Source: Candidatus Latescibacterota bacterium (GTDB lineage Bacteria > Latescibacterota > UBA2968 > UBA8231). From it: a DNA stretch of 64,000 bases. Below, in pieces: positions 47,480-56,740 of the stretch (positions are counted from its first letter, which is position 1; each line of letters begins with the position of its first letter). The notes under the pieces were generated by a model. That model was not told the origin of the DNA and ran no database searches. It saw only the letters and a program-made list of their open reading frames with translations. The stretch spans positions 4,160,001-4,224,000 of the forward strand of contig OZ242005.1 of NCBI GenBank assembly GCA_965204725.1, written 5' to 3'. Both the position numbers and the translations under genes were made by a program.

Positions 47480-48223
47480 TCAGCGGAACTGGTCCAAATT
47501 CCCCTTGTACTCCAAGCCCAACACCTCTCGGCCCCGCGCCGTATTGCAAGTGGCGTCGGCTTCGGGCATGCCGACGATGTGCAGCACGTCGAACTTCACT
47601 TGGTCCCTTTCCAAGGCCAGCCGGCAGGCTTCGGCCAAATCGTGGCGGCAGACCAAGCCGTTGCGGATGTTCTGCAATGGCTCCCGGTGTCGGCCGATTC
47701 CCAAGCGCGAATCCACGATATAGTCGGGCCGCAAGACCACGATAGCCAGCCCAAAGGCTTCGTGAAACTGGCGGCACATTTCCTCCTGTAATCGCTTGCC
47801 CACCGCGTACAGGCTGCCATCGGGCCGCCGCACCTCCGCGGAGAAAAAAATTCCCTCGGGATGCACGGTCTGGCACGAGCCGATGTGTACTACTTTGCGG
47901 ACGCCCTGCTCTTGGGCCGCTTGCAGGACATTCCACAAACCCTTGAGGTTGACGAGGAAGGGCTTGTCGTCGTCCGGGTCGCAGCCGGAGTAAACCGCTG
48001 TGTGAATGACGCAATCTACGCCGCTGACGGCTCGCTCCACCGCGTGGTAATCGACTATATCGCCGTGGATCACTTCTCCGCCGTTCCAAGCACCGTCTAG
48101 GTCGCGCCAAGCCTCCCACGCTTGGGGGCCGTAATCAAAGGCGCGGACATCGTGTTTGCCAGCCAAATTTTGCAAGACAGCGCGACCCAACCAACCGGCA
48201 GCACCAAAGACCACTGTTTTCAT
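47480..48223 (-). CDS. NAD-dependent epimerase/dehydratase (uronate dehydrogenase-like)
   Basis: GAAGWLG, GVDCVIHTA, VNLKG, YAVGK (YxxxK). Confidence 0.85.
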   Translation of the reverse strand: MKTVVFGAAGWLGRAVLQNLAGKHDVRAFDYGPQAWEAWRDLDGAWNGGEVIHGDIVDYHAVERAVSGVDCVIHTAVYSGCDPDDDKPFLVNLKGLWNVLQAAQEQGVRKVVHIGSCQTVHPEGIFFSAEVRRPDGSLYAVGKRLQEEMCRQFHEAFGLAIVVLRPDYIVDSRLGIGRHREPLQNIRNGLVCRHDLAEACRLALERDQVKFDVLHIVGMPEADATCNTARGREVLGLEYKGNLDQFR

Positions 48224-48269
48224 AGGGAACTCCTTTCTCAAAGTCGCCGCGGCCAAAGGCAGCACGACC

Positions 48270-48316
48270 GTCGCTCGCTATTCACCGCTGTTCATAGCGG
48301 TCGGCGCGATGGCGAC
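48270..48316. repeat. Direct repeat copy 1 (att-like duplicate of the phyH 3' end)
   Basis: GTCGCTCGCTATTCACCGCTGTTCATAGCGGTCGGCGCGATGGCGAC matches 53999-54051. Confidence 0.9.
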
Positions 48317-48509
48317 GTGCCAGAAATTTTTCTTGAATTTACATAAATAAAACATTTATTTGAAGAATACGAAAGAATACAAAGCGGTTTCAAAACTAGC
48401 GTCGGGCCGTCTCAAGGGGCGTCCGGTGCCTTCTCATAAATTCCTTTTTTTTCCAAACAAGAAACCGAACCCAGAGTTTTGGGACCACCTCTAGTGAATA
48501 GATGAGCTA

Positions 48510-50351
48510 ATGGACAAAGAGAAAAAAATAGAACTCGAATCTTGGTGGCCTTCTATCAAAGAGTTAAAAAGTGCTAGTACGGCGATAGGTAAAACTGCGG
48601 TAATGATATGGCAGGTGGCACCACTGTCTTTATTGTCTGGCATGGCCATTCTGACCCTCATACAAAGTATATTACCGGCCTTGAAACTTTATTTGATGAA
48701 ATTTGTGATCGATGATGCTATCAAAATCTCCAAGATGGAAAACAGAGACATCGACTCCATTTTATTCTGGCTTATAGCATTGGTGTGCGTCGTTGTCTTG
48801 ACCGCGATTACTTCCCCTATCGCTTTAGCTCTGCAAAGTATTTTAGGGGATAAAATGAAAGGTTACATCGCGACCTTGACGATGGATGCGGTCGACGGGT
48901 TGCCCGATCTGGCGCATTTTGAAAACCCGAAATTCCACGACCAATTACGGCAAATTCAAAGGATTCAGCCCAACGTTGCGAATGTGGTTATATTTGGCTT
49001 TGATACATGCAAATACATACTACAAATAGTATTTGTCGCTTTATTTTTAAGCACCCTCGATTTTGTTTTTACTGGTTTTTTTCTTTTGACAATAATACCG
49101 TATGCTTTAGTGAATTACAGCTTCACCAATAGGGCAGGCATTGCTATACAACATCAGGCTCCTGAAGCGAGGAAGCTCGACTATTACCGCAATCAGATGC
49201 TTTCGTATGAAGTCGCTAAGGATGTAAAATTACTGGGACTGTACCGTTTCTTTTTATTGCGGTACGATGAGACTTTCAAGAAGATAACGGCGACCCTGTG
49301 GAATGTCCGTTTCAGAGAGTTTCTCTGGCTGTCCTTATGTACCGTAGTTGGTAGCGTGGGCCTATATGCAGTCTATAGTCATCTAGTCCATCAAGCCACT
49401 GAAGGATTGCTAACTATCGGATCTTTAGTCGCTTATCTAACGGCTGCGATACAGTTGTGGATGTATTCAAATGAGTGCATGTTCGGCGTTGCTATGCTTT
49501 TCCAAAGAGGTAGGCTTCTCTCTCATCTCTTTGCACTTCTGCAAGCCAAACCTGCGATTGAAATAATTTCCAATCAAAAAATCAGATCCTTCCCAGATTT
49601 TATCGAGCGCGTTGACTTTAAGGAGGTGAGTTTTAGATACCCCGGAACAGACCGTCTAATACTAAATCAGGTGTCCTTCTCGATCAATTTCAACGAATCG
49701 ATTTCCCTAGTGGGAAGAAACGGCGCTGGCAAGACCACTATTGTCAAACTCTTGGCCCGTTTGTACGATCCGCACAGCGGACAGATTCTGATCAATGGGA
49801 TTCCAATCAGCCACTTTGACCTCGATGAACTGCGAAAGAATATAGGAATTGTTTTTCAAGACTATAACCGCTATCAATTGACGGTCGAAGAAAACATAGG
49901 GCTAGGGAATTTAAGCCTTATAGAAAAGAAGAAGGTAAAAGAGGCCGCAGACCAAGCAGGAGCTGATTTTATTGAAGAACTTCCAAATAAATTTGCCACC
50001 CTCCTCGGGAAACAATTTGAGGGAGGCACTGAATTGTCCATTGGTCAATGGCAAAAACTGGCTATCGCTCGTGCTTTCTTCAGAGATGCACGGATTTTGA
50101 TTCTGGATGAACCCACGGCAGCGTTAGATGTACAAAGCGAATATGAAACATACCTCCACTTTCGCGATTTAACGAAGAACAAGGTCACGTTGATCATCTC
50201 CCACCGGCTATCTACAGCCCATGTAGTGGATAGAATCATAGTCTTGGAAGGGGGCCGCATCGTAGAAGAAGGCAACCATAGTTCTCTGATCGATCTCCAA
50301 GGAGTTTACTCCGATTTGTATAATATGCAAGCGAAACAATATAAAAGATGA
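48510..50351 (+). CDS. ABC exporter, fused permease/ATPase (peptide/RiPP-exporter-like)
   Basis: About 6 TM helices; GRNGAGKTT, ELSIGQWQKLAIAR, ILDEPTAALD, ISHRLS. Confidence 0.92.
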   Translation: MDKEKKIELESWWPSIKELKSASTAIGKTAVMIWQVAPLSLLSGMAILTLIQSILPALKLYLMKFVIDDAIKISKMENRDIDSILFWLIALVCVVVLTAITSPIALALQSILGDKMKGYIATLTMDAVDGLPDLAHFENPKFHDQLRQIQRIQPNVANVVIFGFDTCKYILQIVFVALFLSTLDFVFTGFFLLTIIPYALVNYSFTNRAGIAIQHQAPEARKLDYYRNQMLSYEVAKDVKLLGLYRFFLLRYDETFKKITATLWNVRFREFLWLSLCTVVGSVGLYAVYSHLVHQATEGLLTIGSLVAYLTAAIQLWMYSNECMFGVAMLFQRGRLLSHLFALLQAKPAIEIISNQKIRSFPDFIERVDFKEVSFRYPGTDRLILNQVSFSINFNESISLVGRNGAGKTTIVKLLARLYDPHSGQILINGIPISHFDLDELRKNIGIVFQDYNRYQLTVEENIGLGNLSLIEKKKVKEAADQAGADFIEELPNKFATLLGKQFEGGTELSIGQWQKLAIARAFFRDARILILDEPTAALDVQSEYETYLHFRDLTKNKVTLIISHRLSTAHVVDRIIVLEGGRIVEEGNHSSLIDLQGVYSDLYNMQAKQYKR

Positions 50352-50477
50352 ACCGGCTAATCAATCAAACTAAGCAACTGGTAAGAGCTAGTGGTAGTAT
50401 TATTTACTTAGCATGGAAAGCTGATGCCTTTCTGACAATCGTGTTTATTCTTTTGCTTATTTTAGCAAGAAGCTATC

Positions 50478-50960
50478 TCATAAATACCGTAGCAGTATGA
50501 GGATGCATCCGAGTTGTACAAAGCCGAGGTAGTTTTCAGCATAGTATTCGTATCGAACCACGATGCGGCGGAAGTTATGCAACCAAGCAAACAGTCTTTC
50601 TATTTTCCAGCGTCTTTTGTAGCCCCGCAACCGCCGCCCGTCCTGGGTTTTGGCCTGCGTACGATTGCGGCGATGCGGCGCGATCATCTCAATGCCTTGG
50701 TCGGCCAGGCTCGCATCCAATCGATCCGAGTCGTAGGCTCGGTCCCCGATGAGTCGTTGCGGTCGGGGCTGGACCCATCGGTTTTCCAGGGTGGCTTCTA
50801 CGAGGGTGACTTCGTGCGGCGAAGCACTTTGGATGAGTACGGCGATAGGAAGACCAGCGCGGTCTGCCACTGCCATGAGCTTCGTACCTTTGCCCCGCTT
50901 GGTCGGACCCACTTGGTCCCCCCTTTTTTCGCCGCGACAAACAGGCCATCGATGAAGCAT
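50478..50960 (-). CDS. IS5 transposase ORF B (DDE part), probably joined to ORF A by -1 frameshift
   Basis: [28 protein letters not shown]; A6G6 run at 50929-50918. Confidence 0.88.
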   Translation of the reverse strand: MLHRWPVCRGEKRGDQVGPTKRGKGTKLMAVADRAGLPIAVLIQSASPHEVTLVEATLENRWVQPRPQRLIGDRAYDSDRLDASLADQGIEMIAPHRRNRTQAKTQDGRRLRGYKRRWKIERLFAWLHNFRRIVVRYEYYAENYLGFVQLGCILILLRYL

Positions 50961-51247
50961 TCGCTCACATCAAGGCCCCCGCGCTCATGCAAGTCGTGCG
51001 CGAGGGTGCGCAGAATATGTTCAAAGGTGCCATCAGACGACCACTGTTGGAATCGACGATGGCAGGTCTGGTAGGACGGATAGCGAGCAGGCAGGTCATG
51101 CCCAGGCGCCCCGGTGCGGAGAATCCACAGAATACCATTGAGCACCGCTCGGTTACAACGCCACGGACGACCCCGGCCATCGCGGCGTTTGGGACACGCC
51201 GGCAGCAGTGGGGACACTATCGACCACTGTTCGTCTGTAAGATCCAT
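50798..51247 (-). CDS. IS5 transposase ORF A (N-terminal part)
   Basis: [35 protein letters not shown]. Confidence 0.9.
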   Translation of the reverse strand: MDLTDEQWSIVSPLLPACPKRRDGRGRPWRCNRAVLNGILWILRTGAPGHDLPARYPSYQTCHRRFQQWSSDGTFEHILRTLAHDLHERGGLDVSECFIDGLFVAAKKGGTKWVRPSGAKVRSSWQWQTALVFLSPYSSKVLRRTKSPS

Positions 51248-52795
51248 AAGAGATACCTCCGAAAGGGAATACCACTAACGTAGCACAGCCAGACTATTTA
51301 TGAGATAGCTTCAAGTATCCTACCGGGGCTATCGGCTTTAGTCGTCAAGTACGTCGTCGATCAAATCTCGTACTCGATTATAGATACCAACCAAGCACAG
51401 GAAGATGGTGCTACGTATCGCCACATCTTTTGGGGAGGTATTTTTATTTTTTCTCAAGTAGCCTATTTCATTATAAACCCGGCGAGTGAAGCGATTAGAA
51501 CAACTCTGTGCGATCGTTTGCAAAGAAAAGTCGATCAAATGATTATGGAGACTTCAGCCTCTTTACCCGGACTTTTCTATTTTGAAACCCCTAAATTCTA
51601 CGACCTCCTTCAGTACCTGCAACGTCATACGTTTCTACCTGAAGTTATGCTCTGGCTCATCTCAGCCTCAATTCGCAATTTCGTCACGCTGATTTTTATT
51701 TTGTTCCTCTTATTCAAAATAGACTGGGTTATACCTTTGGTATTAGTGATTGTTTCTGTACCTCACCTGATTGTCCAGTTTCGCCATTATAAAAAATCGT
51801 ACGATGTCATGTGGAGCAATGTGCCGGAATCTCGTAAGCTCGACTATTACTTCCAGATAATGGTCGATCCCAAGACCATTAAAGAAATAAAGACATTAAA
51901 TATCGGAAAGTATTTCATAAACCGATACAGCACGGGGTTCGACAAAATTCTAAAAGCAGTAAAGGCTGTAAAAACAGATCACGCTCACTTAACGTCAAAA
52001 TTTGCCTTGTTGAGTGGGATCGGGCTAGCTAGTATGTATGTCTATGTGACGTACCTCGTCACTAGAGGAGATATAACACCGGGCGATATCGCGCTTTATT
52101 TTTCATCAGTTACAACCGTTCAAGAAACTCTTTGGATGTTCACCTTGATGAGTGGTCGATTATCCGAGGTGGCCTTTCAATATAGAGATTTTATGAAATT
52201 TTTGAATCTCAAACCTATACTGACCAAGGCCGCACTGGAAATACACGAGCACCAAAAATCTCTTTCTACTATTGAATTTAGAAATGTCCACTTCTCTTAT
52301 CCAGAAAGCGCAACTGAAATTTTAAGAGGGATATCTTTCACCATAAACGCCGGTGAGACTGTCGCCTTGATAGGAGACAACGGAGCCGGGAAAAGCACTA
52401 TTGTCAAATTGCTGTGTCGCTTCTACGATCCGACGAGCGGATGTATCCTTACCAATGGAGTTGATTTGAGGCAATGCGAAGTCGATCCTTGGAGGAACAA
52501 CATTTCAGCTATTTTTCAAGACTTCTCGCGTTTTAGTCTGACGGTACGCGAGAATATAGGAATCGGAAAAGTAGAAAATGTGGACGACCTAGCCTTAATA
52601 AAAGAAGCTGCCGAGAAGGGTATGGCTACCCCTCTCATCGCCAAGCTAGCTAACGGCTACTCCACTCTATTAGGCAGACAATTCGCCGGCGGCGTTGATC
52701 TATCTGAAGGAGAATGGCAGAAGGTTGCGATGGCGAGAGCTTTCATCAGAAGCGATGCGGGTTTACTCATTCTCGATGAACCTACATCTGCCTTA

Positions 52796-53719
52796 GAAGC
52801 CTTTTTAAAACTCCTTTTTTGCTTGGATTTGACGTAGGCGTACTCACCGAACACCTTCAGGTTTCGCCTAAGAACCCTGAACGAAAGGTCTCCGATGAGT
52901 ACGCCATATCAATATCCGACCGACCTAACAGACGCGCAATGGCAGCGGCTGTCTCCCTTCTTGCCCTCGCGTCGTTGGCGTCGTGGGGGTCCGGGTCGTC
53001 CGCCCCGGACTCTACGTTTGGTGCTCAATGGGATCCTCTATCGGGCTAAAACCGGCTGTCCGTGGCCGATGCTGCCGCCGACGTTTGGGCCGTGGCAAAC
53101 AGTGTATGGATACTTCAATCGCTGGCGGCGAGACGGGCACTGGCCCCGGATACTGGACGCCTTGACCCGCCAACAGCGCACCCAACAAGGCCGCCGGCCA
53201 ACCCCGTCGGCCGGCGGCATCGACGCCCAGAGTGTTAAGACCGCAACCCAAGGCCGAGCCATCGGCTACGACGCCGGGAAACGGGTCAAAGGACGCAAAC
53301 GCCACCTGTTAGTCGATAGCCAAGGATCGATCCTGCAATGTAAGGTCACCGCCGCCGATGTCTCCGACGCCGACGGCCTAAAGGCCCTGTTGAGGGACTA
53401 TTTCTCCGCCGGCGTCCAACGGCTGAGAAGAGTATGGGTCGATGCCGGTTACCGAGGGGAGGCGCTCAACGCATGGGTCGCCAACTTAAAACAAACCTAT
53501 AAAATCCGATTGGACGTCCGTGAAAAACCACGTCCAGGCTTTACCCTACTCAAGCGCCGATGGGTCGTCGAACGAACCTTTGCTTGGTTGGGTAACTATC
53601 GTATCCACGCCAAAGACTATGAAACCTTAACCGACAATAGCCAAGCCTTTATACATATCGTTATGATCCATCTGTTGCTCAAGCGAAAAAACAAAGAAAA
53701 AGAGTTTTAAAAAGGCTTC
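52796..53719 (+). mobile_element. IS5-family element (IS1031-like)
   Basis: Perfect 18-bp IRs GAAGCCTTTTTAAAACTC; TTA target duplication at 52793-52795 and 53720-53722. Confidence 0.93.
52895..53710 (+). CDS. IS5-family transposase
   Basis: YPTDLTDAQW, IDAQSVK, GYDAGKRVKGRKRH, DAGY, RRWVVERTFAW. Confidence 0.93.
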   Translation: MSTPYQYPTDLTDAQWQRLSPFLPSRRWRRGGPGRPPRTLRLVLNGILYRAKTGCPWPMLPPTFGPWQTVYGYFNRWRRDGHWPRILDALTRQQRTQQGRRPTPSAGGIDAQSVKTATQGRAIGYDAGKRVKGRKRHLLVDSQGSILQCKVTAADVSDADGLKALLRDYFSAGVQRLRRVWVDAGYRGEALNAWVANLKQTYKIRLDVREKPRPGFTLLKRRWVVERTFAWLGNYRIHAKDYETLTDNSQAFIHIVMIHLLLKRKNKEKEF

Positions 53720-53998
53720 TTAGATGCCGAGGCGGAGTATTCTATGTATCTTCGGTTCAAAGAATTGACGCAGGGCAAGATAACATTGCTCATATCCCAC
53801 CGGCTTTCCACCGTCAAAATGGCCGATCGCATTATCGTTCTGGACAAAGGGAGTATTGCCGAAAACGGCAGTCACGCGGAACTCATGGCGGCGGATGGGA
53901 AGTATGCTTCAATGTTCAAAATGCAGGCCGATAGATATAAATAGGACGGGGAAGGTGCCTATGCGGAGACAGGGGTCTTGATCTGGGCGGCTCGCGCT

Positions 53999-54051
53999 GT
54001 CGCTCGCTATTCCTATTCACCGCTGTTCATAGCGATCGGCGCGATGGCGAC
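53999..54051. repeat. Direct repeat copy 2 (phyH 3' end)
   Basis: Same as 48270-48316 with one substitution and a 6-bp CTATTC duplication. Confidence 0.9.
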
Positions 54052-54772
54052 CCAACAGACCCGGGCATAGGCGGCGGAACTCCTCGGGCATGCGTTCGTA
54101 CGTCTCCGGCCACAGCGGTTGGTGGCCGCCTTCAATCCAATTGTTAAACCAAGGCGGGTAGTATGCTATATTCAGCCCTATCCGCATGTCCCCACTCTGG
54201 TTGGCCCGGGCTTGGTGCAGGAGCCCCCCATGCCACAGCATCACCGAACCAGCCCGGCCTTCCACGGGCTTGATCAACCCGCTATCAGCATCCATATCGA
54301 GCGGCGGGCCGGGCCGCCGCGACCTGTGGCTCATGGGCACGACGCCGGTGGCACCGTTGGCCGCGGTAAAATCCGTGAGCATCCAGATGCTGTTGATCAT
54401 CCACGGCACATCGGGCACTTGGACAAACGCACCCGCAGAATCAGCGTGTAAATTCTGAGCAGGTGCCCCAGGCCACGTAGGCTTGGAGCACGCTTCAACG
54501 ACGCGGCAGCGCGGCCCCAAAAAATGCCGCGCAAGGGCCACGGAATCCGGGTGGAAGGCGCAGGTCCAAACCTCGTCGTCTTGGTTGAGCATACCGAACA
54601 AGGTCTGATAGTAAGCGTCGCCCGTGATATAGTCCTGACAGCGCGGGTCGCTGTGCAGCTTCAGACAGCGGCGGCCCAACGCCAAGGCGGTCTTGCGGGA
54701 CATGCGGTCTTTTAGCACACAGTACCCATATACGTCTAGATGCTCGGCCGCGGCCTGTAATTCTTCGTTCAT
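54017..54772 (-). CDS. Phytanoyl-CoA dioxygenase (PhyH) family protein
   Basis: LDVYGYCVL, QNLHAD (HxD), WMLTDFTAANGATGVVPMSH, GLLHQARAN..R. Confidence 0.88.
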   Translation of the reverse strand: MNEELQAAAEHLDVYGYCVLKDRMSRKTALALGRRCLKLHSDPRCQDYITGDAYYQTLFGMLNQDDEVWTCAFHPDSVALARHFLGPRCRVVEACSKPTWPGAPAQNLHADSAGAFVQVPDVPWMINSIWMLTDFTAANGATGVVPMSHRSRRPGPPLDMDADSGLIKPVEGRAGSVMLWHGGLLHQARANQSGDMRIGLNIAYYPPWFNNWIEGGHQPLWPETYERMPEEFRRLCPGLLGRHRADRYEQR

Positions 54773-54808
54773 GCCGCTACCTCCACGCCTGCTTTTGGGG
54801 CGACCATT

Positions 54809-56431
54809 TCACTCCACGACGAAGGTCGCACGAGTCTCTTCGCTCTCCCGGTATCCAATGCGGATCGCCTTGGCCCGCAAGGTGGCTGTCCCAACCTCCA
54901 TGCGCAGCGGCTCCGTGTACAGTTGCCAGTGCGGACCGTCGTCCAAGGTATAAGCAATAGAAGCACCCTGCGTGGCGCAGTGGAGCTGCACCAGCAGCGG
55001 CCCCCGGAATGTACCGCCTTCCGGCGCGGGCTCGGTCCCGGGGTGGTCGGCGCAAATGGGTACGCATACCGGCGGGGCTGTCTGTGGCTGTTCGCCATCG
55101 GGATACCACTGTCGCACCATTTCGCTTTCCGTCATTCGGCCCATGTCGCCCACTTCGCTCAGCCACTCGTCCAAGGCACCGCGCAGGCGATCCCGCTCCG
55201 GCTGGTACTGGGGATTGGCCGCCAAGTTGTCGATCTCGTGCGGATCGGCTGCGGTGTCGTACAGCTCTTCAACCGGCCTCGGGTATCGGAACATGGCCGA
55301 TTGCGTCTCGTCCAGCTCGCCAGCCAAGTGCAAGCGCCACATCTCCTGCATAATGGGGTGCCGATTGCGGTACGGGATCCACGACAAATAGGGGAGGTCG
55401 GGCTGGTAGTTGCGGATGTACTTAAAGCGGCGGTCGCGCACGGCTCGCACCATGTCGTACGCCACGTCGTGCCGATCCCGGCTCGCGTATATGAACTCTC
55501 GCGGCGGCTGGGCTTGGCGGCCCAAAAACGCCCGGCCTTGTACATGGGCGGGCACTTCGATCCCTGCGAGCGAGAGCACCGTGGGGCCAAGATCAACCGT
55601 GCTTACCAAGTCCTCGCACACCCGCCCCGCTTCCATGCCCGGGCCGCGGACGATCAGGGGCACGTGAATGCCCGCGTCATACGGCCAGCGCTTGCCTCGC
55701 GGCAGCGGGCCGTGATCGCTCCAGTGAAAGACGTACGTATTATCGGACAGGCCATCTTCGTCGAGCTGTTGCAGGAGCTGGGCAAGCTCTCGGTCGCTGC
55801 GCTCAATGTGCGTGTACATCCGCGCCATGGCTTGGCGCACGGAGGGGGTATCGGGAAAATAGGGCGGCAGCGGGATAGCGTCTGGATCGAACTCTGGCTC
55901 AGGGCACTTTTCGGGCCACATGCCGCTTTCGTGGGTGCGCGTGGGGTTGAAGACTGCGAAAAAGGGCTGGTCTGGAGCCAAACGGTCGCGCCAGTGAGCA
56001 TCCGGGCCGAGCGCGTCCCAAGCGGTCAGTGGGGGATCAAACTGGTAGTCGGTCTTTGCGTTGTTGCTACAGTAGTAGCCGGCCGCCCGCAGGTATTCCG
56101 TGAAGCACTTTACGTAGTGCGGCACAACGGCCGAATACGGCGTGGGCATCTCTGGAGTGGCGCGATTGGTGTGCGTCGTGCGCATCTGGTGGGTGCCGAT
56201 GGAGATCGAGTACATGCCGGTGATAATGGCCGAGCGCGCCGGGGCGCAGACGCCGGCAGTGGAAAAGCAACGCGTCCAGCGGCACCCCTCGGCCGCGAGC
56301 CGGTCCAACGTGGGCGTACGCGCCACCGGGTCGCCGTAGCACCCGTACCGGGGGTTGGTATCCTCGAATGAAACCCACAGAAAGTTGGGTTTGTCTCGAC
56401 TCAACGTCGAGGGGAAGCGTTCCGTCGCCAT
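54809..56431 (-). CDS. Sulfatase with C-terminal Fn3-associated/chitobiase-like domain
   Basis: PNFLW..ED, CAPARSAIITG (CxPxR), SDHG, EELYD..DPHE; tail CATQGASIAYTLD...LRAKAIRIGY. Confidence 0.92.
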   Translation of the reverse strand: MATERFPSTLSRDKPNFLWVSFEDTNPRYGCYGDPVARTPTLDRLAAEGCRWTRCFSTAGVCAPARSAIITGMYSISIGTHQMRTTHTNRATPEMPTPYSAVVPHYVKCFTEYLRAAGYYCSNNAKTDYQFDPPLTAWDALGPDAHWRDRLAPDQPFFAVFNPTRTHESGMWPEKCPEPEFDPDAIPLPPYFPDTPSVRQAMARMYTHIERSDRELAQLLQQLDEDGLSDNTYVFHWSDHGPLPRGKRWPYDAGIHVPLIVRGPGMEAGRVCEDLVSTVDLGPTVLSLAGIEVPAHVQGRAFLGRQAQPPREFIYASRDRHDVAYDMVRAVRDRRFKYIRNYQPDLPYLSWIPYRNRHPIMQEMWRLHLAGELDETQSAMFRYPRPVEELYDTAADPHEIDNLAANPQYQPERDRLRGALDEWLSEVGDMGRMTESEMVRQWYPDGEQPQTAPPVCVPICADHPGTEPAPEGGTFRGPLLVQLHCATQGASIAYTLDDGPHWQLYTEPLRMEVGTATLRAKAIRIGYRESEETRATFVVE

Positions 56432-56465
56432 AGATTCCTAGCCTTTATTGGAGGGGACAAAGTGA

Positions 56466-56565
56466 TATAGCAGTCCTAAGTGACTTGAAAGCACGGATTT
56501 TTGCCTATAAGGGGTCATTCCCGCGAAAGCGGGAATCCAGTCTCAAAGGATGTAGGATTGCTATA
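56466..56565. mobile_element. ~100-bp MITE with TATAG ends carrying an ATTCCC-N8-GGGAAT hairpin
   Basis: TATAGCAGTCCTA ... TAGGATTGCTATA (1 mismatch); internal GTCATTCCCGCGAAAGCGGGAATCCAG. Confidence 0.7.
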
Positions 56566-56740
56566 GTTAGCGCTTCTCGCGCTGCGCCGAAAGTTGCAGC
56601 AGGCCGCGGCGTACTGTCAAGCGAGCGACTCACCTGCACCTCAGCCGTTTGTCCATCATCACAGGGTTGTTTGCCGCACATTCGTTACGCATACTATGCG
56701 CTACCATTTCTCAAGATAGACGCCGCCAAAAAAACCGACC

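Larger units (their letters stand above)
50469..51312 (-). mobile_element. IS5-family element (IS427-like, two-ORF transposase)
   Basis: Perfect 18-bp terminal IRs GAAGCTATCTCATAAATA; AA (or CAAG) target duplication. Confidence 0.93.
50348..53944 (+). pseudogene. Second ABC exporter half, interrupted by two IS5-family elements
   Basis: ATG 50348 overlaps the upstream TGA; removing both ISs restores one frame: ...LLILA|SILPGLSAL... and ...DEPTSAL|DAEAEY...QADRYK*. Confidence 0.92.
48270..54051. mobile_element. AT-rich genomic island at the phyH 3' end, no integrase
   Basis: Flanking ~47-bp direct repeats, abrupt composition change, cargo on the opposite strand to the host operon. Confidence 0.75.

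Noticed and set aside
48317-48509. Possible RiPP precursor or riboswitch upstream of the ABC pair
   Set aside because: No ORF with RBS or leader-like features and no riboswitch consensus recognised; probably promoter DNA
54923-56371. 482-aa plus-strand ORF
   Set aside because: Antisense shadow of the sulfatase
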